From assembly GCA_963753435.1 (NCBI GenBank), contig CAVWCF010000001.1:1626711-1690710 (forward strand): 64,000 bases of DNA. Direction: 5' to 3'. This DNA comes from an uncultured Actinomycetota bacterium (lineage in GTDB: Bacteria > Actinomycetota > Actinomycetes > CAVWCF01). This document shows positions 22,350 to 31,539 of the stretch, in pieces (positions within the stretch are counted from its first letter, which is position 1; every line of letters starts with the position of its first letter). A program made the position numbers and the translations under genes. The notes below the pieces were generated by a model. The model searched no databases and was not told the DNA's origin. It saw nothing but the letters and a program-made list of their open reading frames with translations.

Positions 22350-23131
22350 GCGGTTCCCCGCAGCAGTGGCCCGGTTGCGCTGCGGTGTTTGAGGATCCGG
22401 TCCAAGTAGTCCTCGAAGACGTCGGATACCTCGCGCGCGCCCTGGGATCGCCAAACCTGGACGGGGACGCACGCCCCGGCGGCCTGCTGAACCGCCACCC
22501 GTTCCGGGATCGGCGGGGTGAACAGCAGGTGCCCGTGCGCTGCCGTCAACTCGTCCATCCGGTAGCGATGCTCGGTCGCCTGCGCCCGCCACCGGTTCAC
22601 CACGATGCCGCCGGCCTGCAGTCGCAGGTTGTCGGCGCGAGCGGCGTCCACCGCCTCAAGCGCCTGCTGGGCGCCGTGCAGGGAGTACAGGCTCGGCTCG
22701 GTTACGACCAGTGCGAGCGTGCTGGCGGTGAGCGCGTTTCGCGTCAGCGAACCGAGTGACGGTGGGGTGTCGATGAGGACGACGTCGTAGTCGGTCAGCC
22801 CACCCATGGCGATGCGGAGCGATGCCGGCGGCAATGCGGCCGGTCCGGTGAAGTAGTCCAAGGTTCGCGAGCCGACAACGCCGTGGACGTTGGGCCCCCA
22901 CTCGCTTGCCGACACCGCCGCTGCCAGTGCCCCGGGCGCCGGGTGCGCCAGCACCTGGGCCGCGGTCGTGAACGCCCGACCCAAATCCAGTCCGGTCGAG
23001 GTGTTCGCCTGTGGGTCGAGGTCGATGACGAGCGTGCGCAGGCCGCGATCCCACGCAGCGCCGGCCAAACCGAGGGTCACAGTGGTCTTGCCGACGCCGC
23101 CCTTGAGACTCAGGACCGACGCCACCAGCAT
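22346..23131 (-). CDS. ParA/MinD-family P-loop ATPase (orphan ParA-like)
   Basis: Deviant Walker A KGGVGKTT, DLDPQ, ParA-like length. Confidence 0.85.
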   Translation of the reverse strand: MLVASVLSLKGGVGKTTVTLGLAGAAWDRGLRTLVIDLDPQANTSTGLDLGRAFTTAAQVLAHPAPGALAAAVSASEWGPNVHGVVGSRTLDYFTGPAALPPASLRIAMGGLTDYDVVLIDTPPSLGSLTRNALTASTLALVVTEPSLYSLHGAQQALEAVDAARADNLRLQAGGIVVNRWRAQATEHRYRMDELTAAHGHLLFTPPIPERVAVQQAAGACVPVQVWRSQGAREVSDVFEDYLDRILKHRSATGPLLRGTA

Positions 23132-23215
23132 CGAAACAGGGTACGACCGGTAGTCAAGTCGCGCTGTCCGGTTGGCGGAGTCTGAGCGGTGCCGGTGGGT
23201 GCCGACGCTGGCTGG

Positions 23216-24571
23216 CTACGGCCCGGCCACTTCCCGATAGCGCAACAGGGCCTCGTCGCGTTCGGCCGCGTGGTCGACGATGGGCTCCGGGTACTCAGCA
23301 GCAGCCGGGTGCGCCCACGGTTCGTGCACTGCCGGACCGGGAACGCCGCGCAGCTCGGGCACCCACTGGCGCACGTAGTCGCCGTCGGGGTCGAAGCGCC
23401 TTCCTTGCGTCACCGGGTTGAAGACCCGGAAGTAGGGCGCTGCGTCCGTGCCGGTTCCGGCCACCCACTGCCAGCCGTGCTGGTTGCTGGCCAGATCCCC
23501 GTCGATGAGGTTGCGCATGAACCACGCCGCCCCGCGGGTCCACTCCTGGTGCAGGTCCTTGACCAGGAAACTGGCAGTCACCATGCGCACCCGGTTGTGC
23601 ATCCAGCCGGTGTGCAGCAACTGCCGCATGCCGGCGTCGACGAACGGGTAGCCGGTGCGACCTTGCGTCCACGCGGTGAACGCGTCATCGGCTGTCGGTC
23701 CCGCGTCGAACCGCATGCCCTGCAACTGGGGGCGCCAGTAGTTGCGGGCGGAGTCGGGGGCGTGCCAGAGCACGTCGGCGTAGAACTCCCGCCACGCCAG
23801 TTCCCGGCGGAACACCTCTGCGCCTTCGGAGTCGTCCAGGTCCGCCAGGAGCGTGCGCGGGTGGATCTCGCCCCAGCGCAACGCCGCGGACAGCCGCGAG
23901 GTGCCGTCCAGGTCCGGGCGATTGCGGTCCGCGCCGTAGTTGCTGAGCGCCGCATCACGGAACTGGTCCCATCGCTGTCTTGCGGCGGCTTCGCCCGCGG
24001 CCGCGCTTTGGCCTTGGTCAGGAGTCGGCTCGGGGATGGCGTCTCCCGCCGGCGGCGGCAACCAGTCGGCGGTGTCGGCGTCAGTGCTGGCCGGTGATCG
24101 CCACCCGTGGCTGACCCACCCCCGGTAGAACGGGGTCCAGACCCGGTACGGGTCGCCGTCCGGTTTGCGCACCCGGCCGGGTGCGACCGCGTAGGGCGAA
24201 CCGGTGCGCAGCAACTCCACGTCGGCATGGCGCAAGGCGTCGGCCGCCTGTTCGTCGCGTCGGCGCCCGTACGGGCCGTAGTCCGCGCTGACGTGCACTG
24301 TCCGCGCCCCGACCTCTTCGGCTACCGCGGGCACGACCGCGGCCGGGTCGCCCCGGCGGATCAGCAACTTCCCGCCGAGTGAGTCGTTGAGTGCACGCAG
24401 CGACGCCGCCAGTCGGCCGCGGCGCGCCGGGCCTGCCGGCGACCACAGTTTCGGGTCGAGCACGAATAGCCCGAGGACACCATCCGGGCCGGCTTCGGCG
24501 GCTTCGCGTAGCGCTGGGTGGTCGCCCAGGCGTAGGTCACGTCGAAACCAGAGCACCGCGCGGTCAGCCAC
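23216..24571 (-). CDS. phr: deoxyribodipyrimidine photolyase (cryptochrome/photolyase family)
   Basis: N-terminal photolyase domain (LWFRRDLRLGDHPAL) and FAD-binding C-terminal domain (WREF...TGYPFVDA...HNRVRM...GW(Q)W...); probable GTG start at 24571. Confidence 0.85.
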   Translation of the reverse strand: MADRAVLWFRRDLRLGDHPALREAAEAGPDGVLGLFVLDPKLWSPAGPARRGRLAASLRALNDSLGGKLLIRRGDPAAVVPAVAEEVGARTVHVSADYGPYGRRRDEQAADALRHADVELLRTGSPYAVAPGRVRKPDGDPYRVWTPFYRGWVSHGWRSPASTDADTADWLPPPAGDAIPEPTPDQGQSAAAGEAAARQRWDQFRDAALSNYGADRNRPDLDGTSRLSAALRWGEIHPRTLLADLDDSEGAEVFRRELAWREFYADVLWHAPDSARNYWRPQLQGMRFDAGPTADDAFTAWTQGRTGYPFVDAGMRQLLHTGWMHNRVRMVTASFLVKDLHQEWTRGAAWFMRNLIDGDLASNQHGWQWVAGTGTDAAPYFRVFNPVTQGRRFDPDGDYVRQWVPELRGVPGPAVHEPWAHPAAAEYPEPIVDHAAERDEALLRYREVAGP

Positions 24572-24609
24572 TAGGTAAGAATGTCGCGACCAGCGGCGGA
24601 GGGCGAGGC

Positions 24610-25293
24610 GTGAGCGACCTGATCGACACCACCGAGATGTACCTGCGCACGGTGTTCGAGCTGGAAGAAGAAGGCGTCGTCCCGCTGCGGGCGCGCATCG
24701 CCGAGCGGTTGGAGCAGTCCGGCCCAACGGTCAGCCAGACCGTGGCGCGCATGGAGCGCGACGGGTTGCTCACCGTGGAGGGCGACCGGCACCTGGAGTT
24801 GTCCCCGGCGGGTCGCGAGATGGCTACGCGCGTCATGCGAAAGCACCGCCTGGCCGAGTGCCTGTTGGTCGACGTCATCGGCTTGCCGTGGGAGGACGTG
24901 CACGCAGAAGCCTGCCGCTGGGAGCACGTCATGAGCGAGGCGGTCGAGCGCCGGATCCTTTCGATGCTTGATCACCCGACCGTGTCGCCCTTCGGCAACC
25001 CGATCCCCGGCCTGGACGAGCTCGGCCAACAGCAGCCGCCGCCGGTAGACGGCGTCGTCGGCCTGTTGGACGTTGCCGGCGATGAGGCGCGCCGGGTGGT
25101 GATCGCCCGCATCGGGGAGCCGTTGCAGGCCGACGCGACCTTGATGGCCTCGTTGAAGCGGGCGGGAGTGCAACCCGGGCAGGTGGCCAAGGTCAGCCGA
25201 TCACCCGGAGGAGTGCTGATCGGGTCTGGCGGGGAGTACGCGGAGTTGGGTCCGGACGAGGCCGCATTGGTCTTCGCGACCGTCGTGGGCTGA
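24610..25293 (+). CDS. ideR: iron-dependent transcriptional repressor (DtxR/IdeR family)
   Basis: VSDLIDTTEMYLRTVFELEEEGV... nearly identical in pattern to mycobacterial IdeR; GTG start after GGAGGG. Confidence 0.9.
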   Translation: MSDLIDTTEMYLRTVFELEEEGVVPLRARIAERLEQSGPTVSQTVARMERDGLLTVEGDRHLELSPAGREMATRVMRKHRLAECLLVDVIGLPWEDVHAEACRWEHVMSEAVERRILSMLDHPTVSPFGNPIPGLDELGQQQPPPVDGVVGLLDVAGDEARRVVIARIGEPLQADATLMASLKRAGVQPGQVAKVSRSPGGVLIGSGGEYAELGPDEAALVFATVVG

Positions 25294-25309
25294 TACCCCC
25301 CGGGGGTAT
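25293..25309. promoter_or_regulatory. CsoR-type operator palindrome ATACCCC-CC-GGGGTAT, 50 nt upstream of csoR
   Basis: Perfect inverted repeat matching ATACCC...GGGTAT CsoR operator pattern; near-identical copy at 704-719. Confidence 0.55.
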
Positions 25310-25358
25310 GATCAGGGCAGTACCGGTAGACGAATCCGGTCCCGGCCGAGGGGGCGCC

Positions 25359-25628
25359 ATGCAGTTGGAGCCAGAGGTGACCAAGGACGTTGTCACCCGC
25401 TTGCGTCGAGTGCAGGGGCAGATCGCCGGCATCGCGCAAATGCTTGAGGACGGCCGCGACTGCTCTGACATCGTCACCCAGTTCTCCGCCGCGAGCCGGG
25501 CGCTGAGCCGTGCCGGGTTCAAGGTGGTGGCCTCCGGGCTGCGCCAGTGCGTCACCGCCGAGGACGCCGGTGAACCAAGCGACCTGTCCCGCGAGGACCT
25601 CGAACGGCTGTTCCTCTCCCTCGCCTAG
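25359..25628 (+). CDS. csoR: metal-sensing transcriptional repressor, CsoR/RcnR (DUF156) family
   Basis: LRRVQGQIAGIAQMLEDGRDCSDIVTQFSA... with conserved Cys-His ligands; GAGGGGG SD. Confidence 0.75.
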   Translation: MQLEPEVTKDVVTRLRRVQGQIAGIAQMLEDGRDCSDIVTQFSAASRALSRAGFKVVASGLRQCVTAEDAGEPSDLSREDLERLFLSLA

Positions 25629-25754
25629 GCCCACCCACCTTGAATGCGCCTTTCAGGCGAATAGGCCGTTGCTGAGCGGTTCCATCCAACGAAACGCGCG
25701 CATTGCCACTGGGTGAGACGACCCCAGCGCGGTCTAGTGGCCAGAAAGCCGCAT

Positions 25755-27449
25755 TCAAGGGGTTGACAGCGATTGGGTGGTGGCCGCGTCGGCATCCGCG
25801 TCGTAGCCGCCGCGGCCCGCAAGCACCACCACGGCTCCCACCGTTATCGGCACCAGCAACGCCAGGAACGCCACATCCAGCGATCCGGTCAACTGCGACA
25901 CCCCGCCGACCAGGCCCGGCCCCAACGCGCCGCCGAGGATCAGCAGGAACTGCGTAGCCGAGAAGCCCAGCCCACGGATCCGCGCCGGGATGACGTCGGC
26001 AACCGCCGCCGTCAGGTTGGGCAGCGCGGCGGAGCTGAAGCAGTTGGTGGTGAACAGCAGCAGCACCTGCAGCCAGAAGATCGGCACCAGGATCGCGATC
26101 GCCAAGTTGATGCCGAAGAGGAACAGCCCAACGCCGCCGAGTTGCAGCCGCCAGTTCGGGCGGACGCGGTGGTAGCGGTCACCCAGCCACGAACCGATGA
26201 TCGTTCCGACCAGGATCCCGAAGAACCCGACGCTGCCGGCGATGGCGGCGGCCGCCCCCTCCTCCAAGCCCTGGGTGCGCGACAGGTAGCTGGGCAGCCA
26301 GAAGAACAACCCGGCCGTCCCGAAGAACGTGATCGCCAGCCCGACGACGACGTACCGGTACGTGCGGACCGCCCAGAGTTGGGCGAACACCTGCCGGATC
26401 GACGGTTGCGCCGACTGGGCCGTGGTTGACGATTCAGATGCAGTCGCCGACTCCGCCGGAACTATCGGCGAATCGTCGGCGGTCGCGCCGTCGGCCAGCG
26501 CTCCGATGCGGTCGCCGATGCCACGCGCCGGCTCGCGTAGGCGGCTGACCAGGAAGGCGATCACGACTCCAGGGATGGCCACCGCGAAGAACGCCGCCCG
26601 CCAGCCGAACGCCTGCGTCAACACGCCGCCGAGCACCACGCCCAGCGGCAGGCCGCCGAAGTACGCGAACTTGTCGATGCCGTAGGCCCGCACCCGGGAC
26701 TTGGGTGGGTAGTAGTCCGCGATGAGGCTGTTGACCAACGGCTGTTCCATCTGGGCGGCGGCTCCCAGCAGCACCCGCATGATCAGCAGGAACACGAACG
26801 TCGTGGCGATCCCGGAGCCCAGGGTGAGTACCGACCAGGACAGGACCACGAACGCCAGCAGGCGGGTGCGCGTGCGGGTATCCGCCAGTCGCCCGGCCGG
26901 GATCACCAACAGCAGACCGGCCAGGGCGGCGGCAGTTGCCAGCCCGCCCCCGGCGGCGTCGCCGATGCCGAACTCCTCCTGAATTGCCGGTAGAGCCCCG
27001 GCGACGATGTTGGCTTCGATGCGGTCGACCAGGGTCACCAACGCCAGCAGCGCCGCCACGCTCCAGCCGAAGGGTGCGGCCCTCTGCACCGGTACCGGGA
27101 CCGGTGACCGTCCGGCGAAGGCGGCCAGCAGCACCGACCCCGGCGGTGCGGCGGGTGGCCGGGCCGGTGGTTCTGGCGTTCCCGGCCCAGGCTGCCCGTC
27201 GGCCGCCGGGGGTACTGGTGGCGGGGCCGGTGGTTCTGGGGTTCCCGGCCCAGGCTGCCCGTCGGCCGCCGGGGGTACTGGTGGCTGGGCCGGTGGTGCT
27301 GGGGGCGGGGGCGCAACGGGACTCGGCGCCGACGCGGGTTGCGCGGGCGGCGCGACCGGAACCTGATCCGGCGGCCGGTGCCGCAGGAATGACGGCCCGG
27401 GGGTCGGTTGCGACATTGTGCCCTTCGTCGGCGGCCAACTTGGGACCAT
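25755..27449 (-). CDS. MFS transporter (Spinster-like) with Pro-rich repetitive N-terminal extension
   Basis: 12 TM MFS core; N-terminal about 120 aa Pro/Ala-rich with tandem 21-aa repeats; true start uncertain. Confidence 0.8.
   Translation of the reverse strand: MVPSWPPTKGTMSQPTPGPSFLRHRPPDQVPVAPPAQPASAPSPVAPPPPAPPAQPPVPPAADGQPGPGTPEPPAPPPVPPAADGQPGPGTPEPPARPPAAPPGSVLLAAFAGRSPVPVPVQRAAPFGWSVAALLALVTLVDRIEANIVAGALPAIQEEFGIGDAAGGGLATAAALAGLLLVIPAGRLADTRTRTRLLAFVVLSWSVLTLGSGIATTFVFLLIMRVLLGAAAQMEQPLVNSLIADYYPPKSRVRAYGIDKFAYFGGLPLGVVLGGVLTQAFGWRAAFFAVAIPGVVIAFLVSRLREPARGIGDRIGALADGATADDSPIVPAESATASESSTTAQSAQPSIRQVFAQLWAVRTYRYVVVGLAITFFGTAGLFFWLPSYLSRTQGLEEGAAAAIAGSVGFFGILVGTIIGSWLGDRYHRVRPNWRLQLGGVGLFLFGINLAIAILVPIFWLQVLLLFTTNCFSSAALPNLTAAVADVIPARIRGLGFSATQFLLILGGALGPGLVGGVSQLTGSLDVAFLALLVPITVGAVVVLAGRGGYDADADAATTQSLSTP
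27161..27300. repeat. 63-bp tandem direct repeat (about 2.3 copies) encoding PGPGTPEPPAPPPVPPAADGQ units in the MFS N-terminal region
   Basis: Near-identical GGGCCGGTGGTTCTGG(C/G)GTTCCCGGCCCAGGCTGCCCGTCGGCCGCCGGGGGTACTGGTGGC units at 27161 and 27224. Confidence 0.7.
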
Positions 27450-27484
27450 AGTGACAGCAGGAAGCCAGCTGCGGGAGGAAGGCG

Positions 27485-30130
27485 ATGACCCACCCGGCCG
27501 TAGCGCCGTCTGAGGTACGCCACCACGGGCTGCCGGCTTCGGAGGTGGTGGTGCTCCTTGGCACCGACCCCGCCGACGGGCTGCGTTCGGACGAAGCGCA
27601 GGCGCGACTGCAGCGGTTCGGGCCGAACGTCCTGCCCCGACTGCAGCGCGCCGGGCCGTTGCGGCGATTCGCGCGCCAGTTGAACCACCCCCTCATCTAC
27701 GTGCTGCTGGTCTCGGCCGCACTCACCGGGTTGCTGGGCGACGGGGTCGCGTCCGCCGTGATCCTCGGCGTGGTCGTTATCAACGCGATCGTCGGCTACG
27801 TACAGGAAAGCCGGGCCAACTCCGCCCTCGATGCCTTGCGGGCGATGACGCCGACGACGACTTCACTGGTCCGCGACGGCACGGTGGTGCAGCTGAACTC
27901 CGAGCGGGTGGTTCCCGGTGATCTGGTCGTGCTGACAGCAGGTGACAAGGTCCCCGCGGACTTGCGCCTGGTGCAGGTGGAGCAACTAGAGGTGGACGAG
28001 TCGGCGCTTACCGGCGAATCGCTGACGGTCGCCAAGCACGCCTTGGCGTTGCCGATCGAGACCGCGTTGGCGGATCGGCTCAACATGGCCTACTCCGGAA
28101 CTCTCATCACGCGCGGCACGGGTCGCGGTGTGGTTGTGACCACGGGCGCCGAAACCGAACTTGGTCGGATCCATCGACTCGTTGGCGAATCGGAGCCGGT
28201 CCCGACCCCCTTGGCGCGCAAACTGGCCACGTTCAGCAAGTGGCTGACCGTCGCCATCGTGATCCTCGGAGCGTTTGCCTTCGGGGTAGGCGTGTGGCGC
28301 GGTGAGCCCATCGTCGACATGGTCACCGCCGGGGTTGCGCTGGCGGTGGGCGCCATCCCGGAGGGTTTGCCGGCGGCGGTCACGATCACGTTGGCGATCG
28401 GTGTGTCCAGGATGGCCCGCCGCAACGCCATCGTCCGCAGCCTGACCGCTGCGGAAACCCTCGGCGGCACCACGGTGATTTGCACCGACAAGACGGGCAC
28501 GCTGACCCACAACCGGATGTCGGTGCGGAACATCTGGGTGGACGGTGCGGAGGTTTCGACGCCGGTGCTGCAAGCGTCCGGGGTCACCGCCCGCCTGCTG
28601 CACGCCGCGGCGCTGTGCAGCGACGCCCCCGTGCCGCGGGTGGGTGTCGACCCCGTGGGTGACCCCACCGAGGTCGCCCTGGTGCTGGCGGCTGAGGAAA
28701 GCGGGTTGGACGTGCACGCGCTGCGGGCGGCAGCGCCGCGAACCGACACGTTGCCGTTCGAATCCGGGCGACGACTGATGGCCACTGTGCACGACACGCC
28801 GTCCGGCTCGGTGTTGTTCGTCAAGGGTGCGTTGGAGGACGTGCTGCGGACCTGTAACCGTGTGGGCACGTCCGGCGGCGACGCACCGCTGGACGAAGCT
28901 GCGGTGCATGCCGCTGCGGACTCAATGGCGGCGCGGGCGTTGCGGGTGCTGGCGGTGGCCGAGGTTGAGACCGAACCGGGCACTTCCGCCGAGGAAGCGT
29001 TGGCGGCGCAGCAGTGCCGACTGCTCGGCTTGCAAGCAATGGCCGACCCACCGCGACAGGACGCGATCGCCGCAGTGGCCTCGTGTCACCGCGCCGGGAT
29101 CGACGTGAAGATGGTGACCGGCGACCACGTTCTGACGGCGACCGCGGTGGCGGCCCAGGTCGGTCTGGAAGCCAAACCGGGCGCTGCCAAGGCGGTAACC
29201 GGGGCCCAGCTGGGGGACGCGGCGGTGCTGCCGATCGAAACGATCGACTCCGCAAGCGTGTTCGCGAGGGTGACCGCCGAGCAGAAGCTGCGGATCGTCG
29301 AGTCGCTGCAGCGCGCTGGTTCGGTGGTCGCGGTCACCGGCGACGGCGTCAACGATGCGCCCGCGCTGCGTCAAGCCGACATCGGCGTGGCCATGGGGCG
29401 CAGCGGCACCGACGCGGCCACCGAAGCCGCGGACATGGTGCTGACCGACGACGACTTCGCGACCATCGAAGCGGCCGTTGAGGAAGGGCGGGGGGTACGC
29501 GACAACGTCACCAAGTTCATCACTTGGACACTGCCGACGAACCTGGCCGAAGGCCTGGTCATCCTCACGGCGATCCTGGTTGGCTCGACGCTGCCGATCC
29601 TGCCGGTGCAGATTCTCTGGATCAACATGACCACGGCTGTCGCCTTGGGGCTCATGCTCGCGTTCGAGCCCAAGGAAGCCGGGATCATGGACCGGCCACC
29701 GCGCGACCCGGACGAACCCATCCTGACGCGCGCGCTGGTGTGGCGGGTCATCCTGGTTTCGGTGCTGACGTTGGCCGCGGCGTTCGGCTTCTTCGAGTAC
29801 GCGCTGAGCGCCGGCGCATCAGTTGAGGTTGCGCGCACCATCGCGGTGAACACGTTCGTGGCGATAGAAATCGCGTACCTGTTCAACTGCCGGTCCCTGG
29901 ACCGACCGTTGCGGCAGCTGCGGTTCTTCAGCAATCCCGCTGCGCTGTACGGAGTCGCCATCACGATCGCCCTGCAGGCGTTGTTCACCTACACCGCGCC
30001 GTTCCAGCAACTGTTCGAAACCGCGGCCATCGGGCCGATGGCCTGGTTGGCCATCGGCGCCGCGGCGATCGTCAGTTACCTGGTCGTTTCGGTGGACAAG
30101 TGGGCGGCGCGGCGCAGCAGGCGCTCCTGA
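27485..30130 (+). CDS. cation-transporting P-type ATPase, P2-type (Ca2+/Mg2+ ATPase-like)
   Basis: DKTGTLT phosphorylation site, TGDHV, VTGDGVNDAPAL, PEGL in TM4 (not CPC), about 10 TM. Confidence 0.9.
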   Translation: MTHPAVAPSEVRHHGLPASEVVVLLGTDPADGLRSDEAQARLQRFGPNVLPRLQRAGPLRRFARQLNHPLIYVLLVSAALTGLLGDGVASAVILGVVVINAIVGYVQESRANSALDALRAMTPTTTSLVRDGTVVQLNSERVVPGDLVVLTAGDKVPADLRLVQVEQLEVDESALTGESLTVAKHALALPIETALADRLNMAYSGTLITRGTGRGVVVTTGAETELGRIHRLVGESEPVPTPLARKLATFSKWLTVAIVILGAFAFGVGVWRGEPIVDMVTAGVALAVGAIPEGLPAAVTITLAIGVSRMARRNAIVRSLTAAETLGGTTVICTDKTGTLTHNRMSVRNIWVDGAEVSTPVLQASGVTARLLHAAALCSDAPVPRVGVDPVGDPTEVALVLAAEESGLDVHALRAAAPRTDTLPFESGRRLMATVHDTPSGSVLFVKGALEDVLRTCNRVGTSGGDAPLDEAAVHAAADSMAARALRVLAVAEVETEPGTSAEEALAAQQCRLLGLQAMADPPRQDAIAAVASCHRAGIDVKMVTGDHVLTATAVAAQVGLEAKPGAAKAVTGAQLGDAAVLPIETIDSASVFARVTAEQKLRIVESLQRAGSVVAVTGDGVNDAPALRQADIGVAMGRSGTDAATEAADMVLTDDDFATIEAAVEEGRGVRDNVTKFITWTLPTNLAEGLVILTAILVGSTLPILPVQILWINMTTAVALGLMLAFEPKEAGIMDRPPRDPDEPILTRALVWRVILVSVLTLAAAFGFFEYALSAGASVEVARTIAVNTFVAIEIAYLFNCRSLDRPLRQLRFFSNPAALYGVAITIALQALFTYTAPFQQLFETAAIGPMAWLAIGAAAIVSYLVVSVDKWAARRSRRS

Positions 30131-30873
30131 TGCAGCGTGGCCTCGCTGTCGAGGCACTCCATCAACTCCAGGGCGTTGCCCCACGGATCCCAGCCGTATC
30201 CGACGATCGCATGCCCGCCCGGCATCGTGACTGGCGGCGCATGCCAGGTCATGCCCTTGGCTGACAGCGCGGTGTGAACGACGTCGATTTCGGTCACGTC
30301 GAGGCAGATGTGATTCGCCCCGAGGTCGCAGATGTGCGGTGCGCCGGTGGGGCCCTCGTGCTCGTGCACGGTCACCGGGCCCACCTGCGCCCACCAGTCG
30401 GCGACCGGGTCGGGCGTGACCGCCCGCAGGGCCACATCGGTCAGTTGCAGGAGGACCGGGGATCCGCCGTCGGCGGGAGCTGGTTGTTCCGTCTCGTGCA
30501 GCAGCAGCCGGATGCCCGCGGGGTCCAGCACTGAACCGTCTGGCAGCACCCGCCCGCCGGTGGCGACCGCGGCGTCGCGGACCCGGCTGGCGTCAGTGAC
30601 CGCCCAGGTCAGCGGCCCGAAGCCCGGCCCGGTGGCGCGCTCCGGCACCGGCGAATGGAACTGGAACGCCTCCAGGAAGACGTTGCCGGCGTTGATCACC
30701 ACCACTTCGGCGGCGGAATCCACCAGCCCCAGTCCGGCGTCGGCGGCCACGTTGCCGCTGGACCAGGCGAATGACGCCGATTGGCTCATACCTAGGTGCG
30801 TGCAGTAGAAATCGCACACTGAAGTCAGGTCGGGTGCCGAAATCCCGACGTGATTGAGGCCAAGGATTCCCAT
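30076..30873 (-). CDS. VOC (glyoxalase/bleomycin-resistance/dioxygenase) two-domain protein
   Basis: Two tandem VOC modules (LNHVGI..., ANHICLDV...); 55-nt convergent overlap with ATPase 3' end. Confidence 0.7.
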   Translation of the reverse strand: MGILGLNHVGISAPDLTSVCDFYCTHLGMSQSASFAWSSGNVAADAGLGLVDSAAEVVVINAGNVFLEAFQFHSPVPERATGPGFGPLTWAVTDASRVRDAAVATGGRVLPDGSVLDPAGIRLLLHETEQPAPADGGSPVLLQLTDVALRAVTPDPVADWWAQVGPVTVHEHEGPTGAPHICDLGANHICLDVTEIDVVHTALSAKGMTWHAPPVTMPGGHAIVGYGWDPWGNALELMECLDSEATLHQERLLRRAAHLSTETTR

Positions 30874-30986
30874 GCGTCCCACCGTAGTGACGCACGTCAC
30901 ACGGTCGTGACGGACCGGGTGGATTAGACGGAGCGAAGCGGGGTAATCCCGCGTCGAAGGTTCATCCCCTGCAATCGGAGGTTGCT

Positions 30987-31355
30987 GTGACCGCGCTACG
31001 TGGTTTCCGGCTGACGAGCTACTCCTACGAGGACGGCGCCGACGTCCGTCCCGTCGAGATGGTTCCGCACACCTACTTCTGCCCGCTCGGTCACTCCCTG
31101 ACGCTGCGCTTCGCCGCCGACGCTGAGGACATCCCCGACACTTGGGATTGCCCCAAGTGCGGTCGTTCCGCGCACGCCGACGAGACCTCCGCGCACCGGC
31201 TGCGGGCCACCGGTGAGGGCACCGCGCTGTCCAACCCGCGGTCCGAGGCGGCCACCAAGACCCATTGGGACATGCTGCGCGAGCGTCGTACCGACGCCGA
31301 ACTGGACGCCCTCCTCGAGGAGCGTCTGGAGCAGCTGCGCACCACCGGTCGCTGA
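30987..31355 (+). CDS. rbpA: RNA polymerase-binding protein RbpA
   Basis: RbpA core (FCP..H, DTWDCPKCG) and C-terminal sigma-interaction helix THWDMLRERR...ELD; GTG start. Confidence 0.8.
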   Translation: MTALRGFRLTSYSYEDGADVRPVEMVPHTYFCPLGHSLTLRFAADAEDIPDTWDCPKCGRSAHADETSAHRLRATGEGTALSNPRSEAATKTHWDMLRERRTDAELDALLEERLEQLRTTGR

Positions 31356-31498
31356 CCTAACTCCGGTCGCAACAAGCGCGCGGGCGAGATCGCCCGATCA
31401 GCGCAGCGGTCGTTCAAGTACCACCTGAAGCAGACCCGATCCATCGGTGACGGTCCTGCGCTGCCCTGCGGCGTCGGCGCCGCCAGCGCAACAGGTCC

Positions 31499-31533
31499 GA
31501 TGCCCGGCCACCACGGGGGAGTGGCCGGGCATC
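31499..31533. terminator. 13-bp perfect hairpin, likely bidirectional terminator between rbpA and the convergent oxidoreductase gene
   Basis: GATGCCCGGCCAC-(9 nt)-GTGGCCGGGCATC, located 7 nt beyond the stop of the minus-strand gene. Confidence 0.5.
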
Positions 31534-31539
31534 GTGCTG

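Noticed and set aside
24571-24592. IdeR iron-box-like half site CTAGGTAAGAATGTCGCGACC
   Set aside because: Only one half matches TTAGGTTAGGCTAACCTAA; insufficient
27485-30130. Idea that the P-type ATPase is the copper exporter partner of CsoR
   Set aside because: TM4 carries PEGL (P2-type) not CPC/CPH; no N-terminal heavy-metal-binding domain
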